Source: Gemmatimonadales bacterium (lineage in GTDB: Bacteria; Gemmatimonadota; Gemmatimonadetes; Gemmatimonadales; GWC2-71-9). Taken from it: DNA of 64,000 nucleotides. Location of the stretch: contig JBOHSH010000045.1 of the NCBI GenBank assembly GCA_050733195.1, positions 16,088 through 80,087 of the forward strand, in the 5' to 3' direction. The notes under the pieces are model-generated. The model was given only the letters and a program-made list of their open reading frames with translations. It ran no database searches and was not told the DNA's origin. How positions within the stretch are numbered: the first letter of the stretch is position 1; each line of letters starts with the position of its first letter. Shown here one piece after another: positions 18,772-29,124 of the stretch. Made by a program: the position numbers and the translations under genes.

Positions 18772-19866
18772 GTGCGCGGCGTCGCGGTGCTGGGTTCGAC
18801 CGGATCCATCGGAGCGAGCACCCTCGCCGTGCTCGACCGCCATCGCGACCGCTTCCGGGTCGTGGCGCTGGCGGCCGGCTCCAACGGGCGGCTCCTCGCG
18901 GAGCAGATCGCCCACTGGGAGCCGGCGTTCGCCGCCCTCGTCTGCGACGCCGGGCCCGCCTGCCTCGTCCAGGCCGCGACCCATCCCGACGTGGACATCG
19001 TCGTCAACGCGGTGGTGGGCTTCGCCGGGCTCGAGGCCACGCTCGCCGCGCTCGAGGCCGGGAAGCGGGTGGCGCTCGCCAACAAGGAGTCGCTCGTCGT
19101 GGCGGGCGAGCTGGTGCTCGCCGCGGCGCGTTCGGGAGGTGGTGAGCTGGTGCCCGTGGACTCCGAGCACAGCGCGGTGCTCCAGTGTCTGGCGGGGAGC
19201 CGGGCCGCGCTCCGGCGGCTCATCCTCACCGCTTCCGGCGGGCCCTTCCGGGCGTGGGAGCCGTCGCGGCTCTCGGAGGCCACGGTTCCGGAGGCGCTCA
19301 ACCATCCCACCTGGCGGATGGGCAGCAAGATCACCGTCGACAGCGCCACGCTCGCGAACAAGGCCCTCGAGGTGATCGAGGCCCATCACCTCTACGGTCT
19401 CGACTTCGACCGGATCGAGGTGGTCGTCCATCCGCAGAGCATCGTTCACGCGTTCGTCGAGTTCTCCGACGGCAGCGTGCTCGGCCAGCTCGGATTCCCG
19501 TCGATGGAGCTGCCGATCCTCTACGCGCTCACCCATCCCGACCGGATCGACGACCCCGGGATCCGGCCGTTCGATCCGGTGAGCGCGGGACCGCTCACGT
19601 TCGAGCCGGTGCGGCGCGACGTCTTCCGCGCGTTCGACCTCGGGGTGCGCGCCGGCCGGACCGGCGGGACGGCGCCGGCGGTGTTCAACGCCGCGAACGA
19701 GGTGGCGGTCGGCGCCTTCCTCGCCGGAGCGATTCCCTTCGGCCGGATCCCCGACATCATCGACGAGACCCTGTCCAGGCACGTCCCCGGCGCGGTGACC
19801 GGCCTCGCGGCCGTCCAGGCCGCCGACGCGTGGGCCCGCGAGCGGGCGGCGGAGGTGACGGTGTGA
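18772..19866 (+). CDS. dxr: 1-deoxy-D-xylulose 5-phosphate reductoisomerase
   Basis: VAVLGSTGSIG, LANKESLV, DSEHSA and NHP.W.MG.KITVDSAT motifs. Confidence 0.95.
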   Translation: MRGVAVLGSTGSIGASTLAVLDRHRDRFRVVALAAGSNGRLLAEQIAHWEPAFAALVCDAGPACLVQAATHPDVDIVVNAVVGFAGLEATLAALEAGKRVALANKESLVVAGELVLAAARSGGGELVPVDSEHSAVLQCLAGSRAALRRLILTASGGPFRAWEPSRLSEATVPEALNHPTWRMGSKITVDSATLANKALEVIEAHHLYGLDFDRIEVVVHPQSIVHAFVEFSDGSVLGQLGFPSMELPILYALTHPDRIDDPGIRPFDPVSAGPLTFEPVRRDVFRAFDLGVRAGRTGGTAPAVFNAANEVAVGAFLAGAIPFGRIPDIIDETLSRHVPGAVTGLAAVQAADAWARERAAEVTV

Positions 19867-21236
19867 GCAGCGTTCTCATCAACGTCCTGGCGCTGATCGT
19901 CGTGCTCGGGGTGCTCGTGTTCGTGCACGAGCTCGGCCACTTCATCGCGGCGAAGTGGGCCGGCATCTACGTGCATCGCTTCTCGCTCGGACTCGGGCCG
20001 CCGATCCGTCGCCTGACCACCCGCCGCGGCGAGACCGAGTACTCGATCTCCTGGCTGCCGCTCGGCGGCTACGTGAAGATGGCGAGCAGGGAGGAGGATC
20101 CCACTGCCGAAGCGCTCGAGGGCGGCGCGGTGCACACGCCCGTCCCTCGCGATCGCGTCATGGAAGCGAAGCCGGTCTGGAAGCGGATGATCGTGATTCT
20201 GGCGGGCGTGGCGATGAACGCGCTCTTCGCCTGGCTCGTGTTCTCGGGACTCAACTGGGCCATCGGTCTTTCGGTCTATCCGGTCACGACGATCGGACGC
20301 GTGCACCAGGCTTCCCTCCCCGAGGGCGCGGAAGGGCTCGCGCGCCTCCAGCCCGGCGACCGGATCGTCCGCGTGGCCGGCCGCCGGACGGAATCGTGGG
20401 AAGCGGTGCAGCAGGCCCTCATCACCGCCTCGACCGACTCGATCCTCATCGAGACGGAGAGCGGGGCCCAGGTCGCGGTGCGCATCCACCGCGATGCCCT
20501 CGAAGCGCGCACCCGCGCGGCCGCGGCGATCGAGCCCTCCATCGCGCCCGTCATCGGACAGGTCACGGCGGGGCGTCCCGCGTCGCGGGCGGGCGTTGAA
20601 CCCGGCGACACCATCGTGTCGGTGAACGGCGACCCGATCGGGCAGTGGCGGGAGCTCGTCGAAGCGATCGAATCCCGGCCGGAGCAGGAGGTCACCCTCG
20701 TCGTGGGCCGCGCCGACGGGCGAAGGACGATCACGGCCCGGACGATCGCCGAAGAGACGCGGGACAGCGCGGGGCAACCGCGCCGCGTGGGCAAGCTCGG
20801 CCTCGGGCCGCGGCTCTTGGAGCATCACGAGCCGGTGTCCCTCGGACGCGCGGTCGTCCTCGGCGCGCGGCAGACGGCGACGGTCTCGACGCAGATCGTC
20901 CGGGTGGTTCGGGGGATGTTCAGCGGACGAGTGTCGACGCGGGAGGTCGGCGGGCCGATCGCCATCGGCGTCGCGGCGGGGGAGTCGGCTCAGCTCGGTC
21001 TCCCGTCTTTCCTGGCCTTCATGGCCACGATCTCCGTGAATCTCGCGGTGCTCAACCTCCTGCCCATTCCGGTGCTCGACGGCGGCCAGTTCCTGTTCCT
21101 GCTGGGAGAGGCGGTGCTGCGGCGGCCCCTGTCGCCCCGGCTCCGGGAGCGGCTGGTCCTCGTGGGGCTGATCCTGCTGGTCCTGCTGATGGTGCTGGCT
21201 TTCTCGAACGACATCCGGAGGCTGATTGGGTTCTGA
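19863..21236 (+). CDS. rseP: RIP metalloprotease RseP (site-2 protease)
   Basis: GTG 19863 gives VSSVLINVLALIVVLGVLVFVHELGHF (HExxH in TM1). PDZ region, and C-terminal NLLPIPVLDGG motif. Confidence 0.9.
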   Translation: MSSVLINVLALIVVLGVLVFVHELGHFIAAKWAGIYVHRFSLGLGPPIRRLTTRRGETEYSISWLPLGGYVKMASREEDPTAEALEGGAVHTPVPRDRVMEAKPVWKRMIVILAGVAMNALFAWLVFSGLNWAIGLSVYPVTTIGRVHQASLPEGAEGLARLQPGDRIVRVAGRRTESWEAVQQALITASTDSILIETESGAQVAVRIHRDALEARTRAAAAIEPSIAPVIGQVTAGRPASRAGVEPGDTIVSVNGDPIGQWRELVEAIESRPEQEVTLVVGRADGRRTITARTIAEETRDSAGQPRRVGKLGLGPRLLEHHEPVSLGRAVVLGARQTATVSTQIVRVVRGMFSGRVSTREVGGPIAIGVAAGESAQLGLPSFLAFMATISVNLAVLNLLPIPVLDGGQFLFLLGEAVLRRPLSPRLRERLVLVGLILLVLLMVLAFSNDIRRLIGF

Positions 21237-21278
21237 GTTCTGGGTTCTGAGTTCTGGGTTCTGAGTTCTGGGTTCTGG
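21230..21278 (+). repeat. tandem heptamer array (GTTCTGA/GTTCTGG) x7
   Basis: Read directly: GTTCTGA GTTCTGG GTTCTGA GTTCTGG GTTCTGA GTTCTGG GTTCTGG. The first unit contains the rseP stop codon (21234-21236). Confidence 0.9.
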
Positions 21279-21344
21279 TCCTTCCCTAACCCCTGACTCC
21301 CTGCCTTCCCCTAGCCTCCGGTGCCCACCCCGGTTATCTTATTG

Positions 21345-21353
21345 TGCTATATA
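21345..21353 (+). promoter_or_regulatory. candidate extended -10 promoter element for rpsO
   Basis: TGCTATATA (a TGnTATAAT-like extended -10) in an AT-rich patch 42 nt upstream of the rpsO ATG. No convincing -35. Pattern match only. Confidence 0.3.
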
Positions 21354-21394
21354 CTTTTCGGACTTTCGGCAAAGGTCACGGGGTGCCAGGCAGC

Positions 21395-21655
21395 ATGGGT
21401 TACGACAAGCACGGGGTGATGGTCAAGCACCGCCTGCACGAGACGGATACCGGCTCGGCCCGGGTGCAGGTGGCTCTCCTCACCGAGCGCATCAACTCGC
21501 TCACCGAGCACTTCCGGGTCCATATCAAGGATCACCATGGGCGGCGGGGCCTCCTCAAGATGGTCGGTACCCGCCGGCGTCTCCTGAATTTCTTGAAGAA
21601 CAACGACCTGGAGACGTATCGCGCGCTGATCCAGGAGCTCGGACTCCGGCACTAG
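21395..21655 (+). CDS. rpsO: 30S ribosomal protein S15
   Basis: [48 protein letters not shown] 21395 gives the expected approximately 17 aa before DTGS. The upstream part of ORF 21344.. was rejected. Confidence 0.9.
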   Translation: MGYDKHGVMVKHRLHETDTGSARVQVALLTERINSLTEHFRVHIKDHHGRRGLLKMVGTRRRLLNFLKNNDLETYRALIQELGLRH

Positions 21656-21671
21656 CCGGACCCGGGTCCGC

Positions 21672-21703
21672 GCGGGCGTCCGGCCACGAGCTGGGACGCC
21701 CGC
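21672..21703 (+). promoter_or_regulatory. GC-rich hairpin in the rpsO-pnp spacer (candidate rpsO terminator / pnp leader processing stem)
   Basis: GCGGGCGTCC (21672-21681) pairs perfectly with GGACGCCCGC (21694-21703) around a 12 nt loop. No U-tract follows. In E. coli the equivalent spacer holds the RNase III-processed pnp autoregulatory hairpin. Confidence 0.45.
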
Positions 21704-21740
21704 TGCGCATTGGCACGGACCGTTCACCGACGAGAGCACA

Positions 21741-23822
<2,082 letters not shown>

Positions 23823-23828
23823 CCGAGC

Positions 23829-25121
23829 GTGGAGGTCGAGCGGCTCGACGAAGGGCTCACCCGGTGCGTGCTGCCCAGCGGGCTCGTCGTGCTCACCGAG
23901 CTCCTCCCCGGCGTGCGGTCGGCCGCCGTCGGCATCTGGGTGCGGTCGGCGAGCGCGCACGAGGCGCCGGGGCAGATGGGCGCCGCCCATCTGCTGGAGC
24001 ACCTGGTCTTCAAGGGCACCGAGCGGCGATCCGCCCAGGAGCTGGCGCGTGAGCTCGAGGTGCGGGGCGGCTCGCTCGACGCCTACACCTCCCGGGATTA
24101 CACCAGCTTCCAGGCGCACGTGCTCGACGCCGACGTGCCGCTCGCGGTGGAGATCCTCACCGACCTCGTGCGCCGGCCCCTGCTTCGCGCCGAGGACCTG
24201 GAGCTCGAGCGCAACGTCGTGCTCGAGGAGATCAACGGGGTCGAGGACACCCCGGACGACCTGGTCTTCGAGCTGCACGCCCGGGCGCTCTGGCCCGAGC
24301 ACCCCTACGGCTACTCGATCCTCGGCACGCGGGACACGATCCGAAGCCTCGCGGCCGGGGATCTCGCGGCGATCCACCGCGAGGGGTACTATCGCGGCAA
24401 CTGCGTGATCGCCGCGGCGGGCCACGTCGATCACGAGCAGATGCTCACGGTCCTGGAGCGGGAGGGATGGTTCGAGGGCGCCCCCGAGCCGGCCCGCGGG
24501 CCGGTGACCGCCGGGCCGGCTCTGCGCGGCGGGGTGGTGGACCTGCCCCGTGAAACGGCGCAGGCGCACCTCGTCCTCGGGACGGACACGTTCGCGGGAC
24601 GCGATCCGCGACGCTATGCCCTCGCGATTCTCACGAACCATCTCGGCGGCGGCATGTCGAGCCGGCTGTTTCAGCGCGTGCGGGAGGAGCTCGGCCTGGC
24701 GTACGCGGTCTACGCCTACCAGCACCTCTACCAGAGCGCCGGCGTCCTGGGCGTGTACGTGGGAACGCAGCCGGGCTCGGTCGAACGTGCGGAGGCGGCG
24801 ATCCGCGTCGAGCTGGGCCGGCTCGCGGAGTCGGGGCTCGCGCCCGACGCGCTCGCGAGCGGACAGCAGCAGCTCAAGGGCCAGCTGATGCTCTCGCTCG
24901 AGAATCCGGTGAGCCGGATGCACCGCCTCGCCGGCTCCGTGCTCCATCGCGACCGGTATCGCCGGCTCGACGAGCTCCTCGCCGAGATCGACGCGGTCAC
25001 GGCCGACGAGGTTCGCGCGGTCGCCGCGGAGTACTTCGCCCCCGACCGATGGACCGTGGTGCGGCTGGGCCAGAACGCAGCGAACGACGATCCCCCCCCT
25101 CGACAAGCGCGGGAACCATGA
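23829..25121 (+). CDS. M16 family zinc peptidase (pitrilysin-like)
   Basis: Inverted zinc motif [11 protein letters not shown] (HxxEH) and downstream Glu (LEEINGVED). 430 aa. Lies downstream of pnp, as in many bacteria. Confidence 0.9.
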   Translation: MEVERLDEGLTRCVLPSGLVVLTELLPGVRSAAVGIWVRSASAHEAPGQMGAAHLLEHLVFKGTERRSAQELARELEVRGGSLDAYTSRDYTSFQAHVLDADVPLAVEILTDLVRRPLLRAEDLELERNVVLEEINGVEDTPDDLVFELHARALWPEHPYGYSILGTRDTIRSLAAGDLAAIHREGYYRGNCVIAAAGHVDHEQMLTVLEREGWFEGAPEPARGPVTAGPALRGGVVDLPRETAQAHLVLGTDTFAGRDPRRYALAILTNHLGGGMSSRLFQRVREELGLAYAVYAYQHLYQSAGVLGVYVGTQPGSVERAEAAIRVELGRLAESGLAPDALASGQQQLKGQLMLSLENPVSRMHRLAGSVLHRDRYRRLDELLAEIDAVTADEVRAVAAEYFAPDRWTVVRLGQNAANDDPPPRQAREP

Positions 25122-26230
25122 TGATCGGCGTGCCGAAGGAGATCAAGACGAACGAGAACCGGGTGGCGCTGGTTCCGGCCGGGGCCGAGCTCTTCACCGA
25201 GAAGGGCCACTCGGTGCTGATCGAGGGCGGCGCGGGGCTCGGCAGCGGCTTCAGCGACGGCCAGTACGTCGCCGCGGGCGCCACGATCGTCGCGACCGCC
25301 GACGAGGTCTGGTCGCGCGCCGACATGATCATGAAGGTCAAGGAGCCGATCGAGGTGGAATGGCCCCGGATGCGCCCGGGCCAGGTCATCTACACCTACT
25401 TCCATTTCGCCGCCTCGGAGCCGCTCACCCGCGCGGTGATCGGCTCGGGCGCGGTGGCGATCGCCTACGAGACGGTGCAGCTCGCGAGCGGCGAGCTGCC
25501 GCTGCTCACCCCGATGTCGGAGGTGGCCGGGCGGATGGCGGTGCAGGAGGGCGCGAAGTACCTGGAGAAGGTGCACGGCGGCCGCGGCGTGCTGCTCGGG
25601 GGCGTGCCGGGCGTCGAGCCGGCGGAGGTGATGATCATCGGCGGCGGCGTGGTGGGCACCAACGCGGCCAAGATGGCGGCGGGTCTCGGCTCGCGGGTGA
25701 CCATCCTCGATCTTTCCCTCGAGCGGCTCCGCTACCTCGACGATGTGTTGCCGAAAAACGTGCGCACCGTCTACAGCAATCGATACAATCTCCTCGAGTC
25801 GCTGGAACGGGCGGATCTCGTCGTCGGCGCGGTGCTGCTGCCGGGCGCCAAGGCCCCGCACCTCATCCGGCGCGAGGACCTCCAGCGGATGAAGCCGGGG
25901 GCAGTCATCGTCGACGTGGCCGTCGACCAGGGCGGGTGCGTCGAGACGATCAAGCCCACGACCCACGAGGATCCGGTGTACTTCGTCGACGGGATCCTCC
26001 ACTATGGGGTCGCCAACATGCCGGGCGGCGTCCCGCGCACCTCGACGCTGGCGCTGACCAACGCCACCACGCCGTACGGGCTCCGCCTGGCGCGCGACGG
26101 ATGGAAGTCGGCGTGCCGCTCGGACTCCGCCCTCCGGCTCGGGCTGAACGTGGTCTGTGGAAACGTCGTATACCCGGGCGTGGCGGAAGCGTTCGGTCTG
26201 CCGCTCATCGACGTGGAGACGGTGCTCTAG
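25118..26230 (+). CDS. ald: alanine dehydrogenase
   Basis: [23 protein letters not shown]-terminus and Rossmann motif [18 protein letters not shown] overlap with the peptidase gene. Confidence 0.9.
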   Translation: MMIGVPKEIKTNENRVALVPAGAELFTEKGHSVLIEGGAGLGSGFSDGQYVAAGATIVATADEVWSRADMIMKVKEPIEVEWPRMRPGQVIYTYFHFAASEPLTRAVIGSGAVAIAYETVQLASGELPLLTPMSEVAGRMAVQEGAKYLEKVHGGRGVLLGGVPGVEPAEVMIIGGGVVGTNAAKMAAGLGSRVTILDLSLERLRYLDDVLPKNVRTVYSNRYNLLESLERADLVVGAVLLPGAKAPHLIRREDLQRMKPGAVIVDVAVDQGGCVETIKPTTHEDPVYFVDGILHYGVANMPGGVPRTSTLALTNATTPYGLRLARDGWKSACRSDSALRLGLNVVCGNVVYPGVAEAFGLPLIDVETVL

Positions 26231-26232
26231 CG

Positions 26233-26670
26233 GTGGTCGAGATTCAGATCGCGCGGCTTCCCCACGCGGACGGGCTTCCGCTCCCCGCGCGGGCGACCGA
26301 GGGATCGGCGGGGTTCGACATCGCGAGCGCGGAGGACGGCGTCCTGACGCCGGGGGAGCGGCGGCTCTTCGGCACCGGCTTCCGGGTCGCGGTTCCCGAC
26401 GGCTACGAGGTCCAGCTCCGCCCGCGCTCCGGTCTCGCCCTGCGCCACGGCATCACCCTTCCCAACACGCCCGCGACCATCGACAGCGACTACCGGGGCG
26501 AGCTCAAGATCGCGCTGGTGAACCTCGGCACCGAGTCTTTCGAAGTGACGCGAGGCATGCGAATCGCCCAGTTGATCGTGGCGCGCGTCGAGCCGGCGCG
26601 GTTCCGGCCCGTCGAGGAGCTGCCCCCCTCCCTCCGGGGGGACGGCGGCTTCGGCAGCACCGGCCGATGA
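26233..26670 (+). CDS. dut: dUTP diphosphatase
   Basis: GTG 26233. [23 protein letters not shown] and GGFGSTG motifs. 145 aa. Confidence 0.9.
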   Translation: MVEIQIARLPHADGLPLPARATEGSAGFDIASAEDGVLTPGERRLFGTGFRVAVPDGYEVQLRPRSGLALRHGITLPNTPATIDSDYRGELKIALVNLGTESFEVTRGMRIAQLIVARVEPARFRPVEELPPSLRGDGGFGSTGR

Positions 26671-26756
26671 GCCCCGTTCGGCCCCGTTTTTGCCTTGTTG
26701 AAGTCCAAGTGCCTCATTAGGTTCGGCTCACTCTCACGGTCCGGCGCCCGCGAGTC

Positions 26757-27797
26757 ATGTTTTCGTTTTCGTCCTTCAAGCTGGGCAGCCTCCTGCCCGC
26801 GAATGAAATCGCGGTGGACCTCGGCACGGCCAACACGCTGATCTACGTGAAGGGCGAAGGGATCGTGCTGAACGAGCCCTCCGTCGTGGCCCTCGAGCGC
26901 AGCAGCGGCAAGATCAAGGGCATCGGGCTCGAAGCGAAGCGGATGCTCGGTCGCACGCCCGACGGGATCATGGCCGTCCGGCCGCTCAAGGACGGGGTGA
27001 TCGCCGACTTCGACGTGACCGAGAAGATGCTGCGGTATTTCCTGAAGACCATCATCGACAAGCATCTCTTCCGCGTGAAGCCGCGGGTGATCGTCTGCGT
27101 GCCGTCGGGGATCACCGAAGTGGAGCGCCGCGCCGTGCGCGACTCCGCCGAGACGGCCGGCGCCAAGCAGGTGTTCATGGTGGCCGAACCCATGGCCGCG
27201 GCCATCGGGGTCGGCCTCCCGGTCGAGACGCCGACCGGCAACATGGTGATCGACATCGGCGGCGGCACCACGGAGATCGCGGTCATCGCGCTGTCGGGGA
27301 TCGTGTCGGATACCTCGATCCGCACCGGCGGCGACGAGCTGGACCAGGCGATCGTGCAGTTCATGCGGAAGAACTACAACCTCCTGGTGGGCGAGCCCAC
27401 CGCGGAGGCGATCAAGATCAAGATCGGCTCGGCGTACCCGACGGGCGACGAGCGGGAGATGGAGGTGAAGGGGCGGGACCTCGTCTCCGGCATCCCGAAG
27501 ACGGTGCGGGTGCATTCGGCGGAGATCCGCGAAGCGATCCAGGAGCCGGTCCAGCAGGTGGTGGACGCGGTGCGCCGGGCGCTCGAGATCACGCCCCCGG
27601 AGCTGGCGAGCGACATCGTGGACCGCGGCATCATCATGACCGGCGGGGGCGCCCTGATCCGCGGGCTCGACCTGCTGCTGCAGCAGGAGACCGGCCTGCC
27701 CATTCACGTCGACGAAGATCCCCTCACCTGCGTGGTGCGGGGCACCGGGCGCATCCTCGACGACTACGAGAAGTACCGGGGCGTGCTCAGCACCTGA
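26757..27797 (+). CDS. mreB: rod shape-determining protein MreB
   Basis: IAVDLGTANTLIYVKG, DIGGGTTEIAVI and the actin-fold motifs. 346 aa. Confidence 0.95.
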   Translation: MFSFSSFKLGSLLPANEIAVDLGTANTLIYVKGEGIVLNEPSVVALERSSGKIKGIGLEAKRMLGRTPDGIMAVRPLKDGVIADFDVTEKMLRYFLKTIIDKHLFRVKPRVIVCVPSGITEVERRAVRDSAETAGAKQVFMVAEPMAAAIGVGLPVETPTGNMVIDIGGGTTEIAVIALSGIVSDTSIRTGGDELDQAIVQFMRKNYNLLVGEPTAEAIKIKIGSAYPTGDEREMEVKGRDLVSGIPKTVRVHSAEIREAIQEPVQQVVDAVRRALEITPPELASDIVDRGIIMTGGGALIRGLDLLLQQETGLPIHVDEDPLTCVVRGTGRILDDYEKYRGVLST

Positions 27798-27799
27798 CG

Positions 27800-28630
27800 A
27801 TGAACCGTGGCTTCGGCCGCGTCACCTCGCGGAGCGACACCCTGCTGTTCCTCGGGTGTCTTGCGCTCGGACTCGGTGCGCTGGCCCTGCCGGCCGGCAC
27901 GAGCCAGCCGCTGGCGAGCCGACTGCGGGACACCGTCTTCTATCCCCTTCTCTGGGTCCAGCAGCGGGCGGTGGAGGGCCGCACCGGCCGGACCCGGTTC
28001 CGCGCGGTGCAGGCGGAGCGGGACTCGGTCGCGCTGGCCGCGCAGCTCGTGGCCGCGCTTCGCGCCGAGAACGACCGGCTCCGCGCGATCCTCGGCCTCT
28101 CGCGACGCGCGGCCGTGCGATCCCTGCCCGCCGAAGTCCTCCACCAGGCCGTGCCGACCGAGGGCCGGACCGTGCTGCTCAGCATCGGCCAGGATGCAGG
28201 GGCCGCCGCCGGTGATCCGGTCGCGGCGCCGGAGGGATTGATCGGCGTGATCCTCAATGCCGGCCAACGGACCAGCGTGGCGATGACCTGGGCGCATCCG
28301 GACTTCCGGGTCAGCGCCGTAACCGAAGACGGCTCGGTCCTCGGGATCGTGGCTCCCTCCACCTCGCTCGAGGCGAGTGAAGCGTTCCTGGAGTTCCGCG
28401 GCGTGCCGTATCGCGACACGGTGGAGACCGGCGTCCTGGTCATGACCTCCGGGTTGGGCGGGGTCTATCCGCGCGGCATTCCGCTCGGTCGGGTGGCGGG
28501 CGTCCGGCGGGAGGAGCTGGGCTGGGAGCGCGTCTACCGTCTCCTGCCCGCCGCGAATCCGGGTCACGTGGCTCACGTCGTGGTGCTCAAGGCGAGGGGC
28601 GCGTCGGCCCCCGGGGAGCCGGTGCCGTGA
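27800..28630 (+). CDS. mreC: rod shape-determining protein MreC
   Basis: N-terminal TM segment, coiled-coil (LRAENDRLRAILGL), and a C-terminal beta-rich domain (GLGGVYPRGIPLGRV). Position between mreB and mreD. Confidence 0.85.
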   Translation: MNRGFGRVTSRSDTLLFLGCLALGLGALALPAGTSQPLASRLRDTVFYPLLWVQQRAVEGRTGRTRFRAVQAERDSVALAAQLVAALRAENDRLRAILGLSRRAAVRSLPAEVLHQAVPTEGRTVLLSIGQDAGAAAGDPVAAPEGLIGVILNAGQRTSVAMTWAHPDFRVSAVTEDGSVLGIVAPSTSLEASEAFLEFRGVPYRDTVETGVLVMTSGLGGVYPRGIPLGRVAGVRREELGWERVYRLLPAANPGHVAHVVVLKARGASAPGEPVP

Positions 28631-29124
28631 GCCCGTCACGCCGGGGAGACGGGCGGATCTACGTCGCCTTCCTGCTGCTGCTGGCCCTGCATTTCTACGC
28701 CCGGCCGCGGATCTGGGACGGCCGAGCGGCCCCGGATTTCCTGGCGCTCGGCCTGATCCTGTTCTCCATTCGCACGCGCCCCGGCGTCGCGGCCCTGGTC
28801 GGGTTTCTCGTTGGCCTCCTGACCGACACGCTCACCCCCGCGAAGTTCGGGGCGAACGCCATTGCCCACGCCGTGCTGGGCTACGCCTCGGCGTGGGGCC
28901 GGGCGGTGTTCTTCGCCGACAATCTGCTCGTCAACGCCGGACTGTTCGCGGGCGGCGTCTGGGTGCGGAACGCGCTGGTGCTGCTCCTGAGCGGGACGCC
29001 GATGGACCAGTTCGGCCCGATGCTCGGGATCTGGGCGCCGCTGCAGGCGATCACGACGGCGCTCGCCGGCGTAGTGCTGCTCGTTCTGCTCCGCGACTGG
29101 TTCGCGATCCGCCTCGAAGCATGA
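28627..29124 (+). CDS. mreD: rod shape-determining protein MreD
   Basis: 165 aa polytopic hydrophobic protein. GTGA overlap with mreC and ATGA overlap with mrdA. Assignment rests mainly on synteny. Confidence 0.75.
   Translation: MSPSRRGDGRIYVAFLLLLALHFYARPRIWDGRAAPDFLALGLILFSIRTRPGVAALVGFLVGLLTDTLTPAKFGANAIAHAVLGYASAWGRAVFFADNLLVNAGLFAGGVWVRNALVLLLSGTPMDQFGPMLGIWAPLQAITTALAGVVLLVLLRDWFAIRLEA

Noticed and set aside
21228-21320. Heptamer arrays considered as a CRISPR array or telomere-like (CCCTAA) repeats
   Set aside because: The units are 7 nt and contiguous with no spacers, so this is not a CRISPR. Only one CCCTAA unit occurs, and the locus is internal to a gene-dense chromosome, so it is not a telomere.
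26662-26691. Possible intrinsic terminator after dut (GGCCGA...TCGGCC followed by CCGTTTTT)
   Set aside because: The stem is only 6 bp with a 10 nt loop, and the T-run is separated from the stem. This is too weak to call without transcript data.
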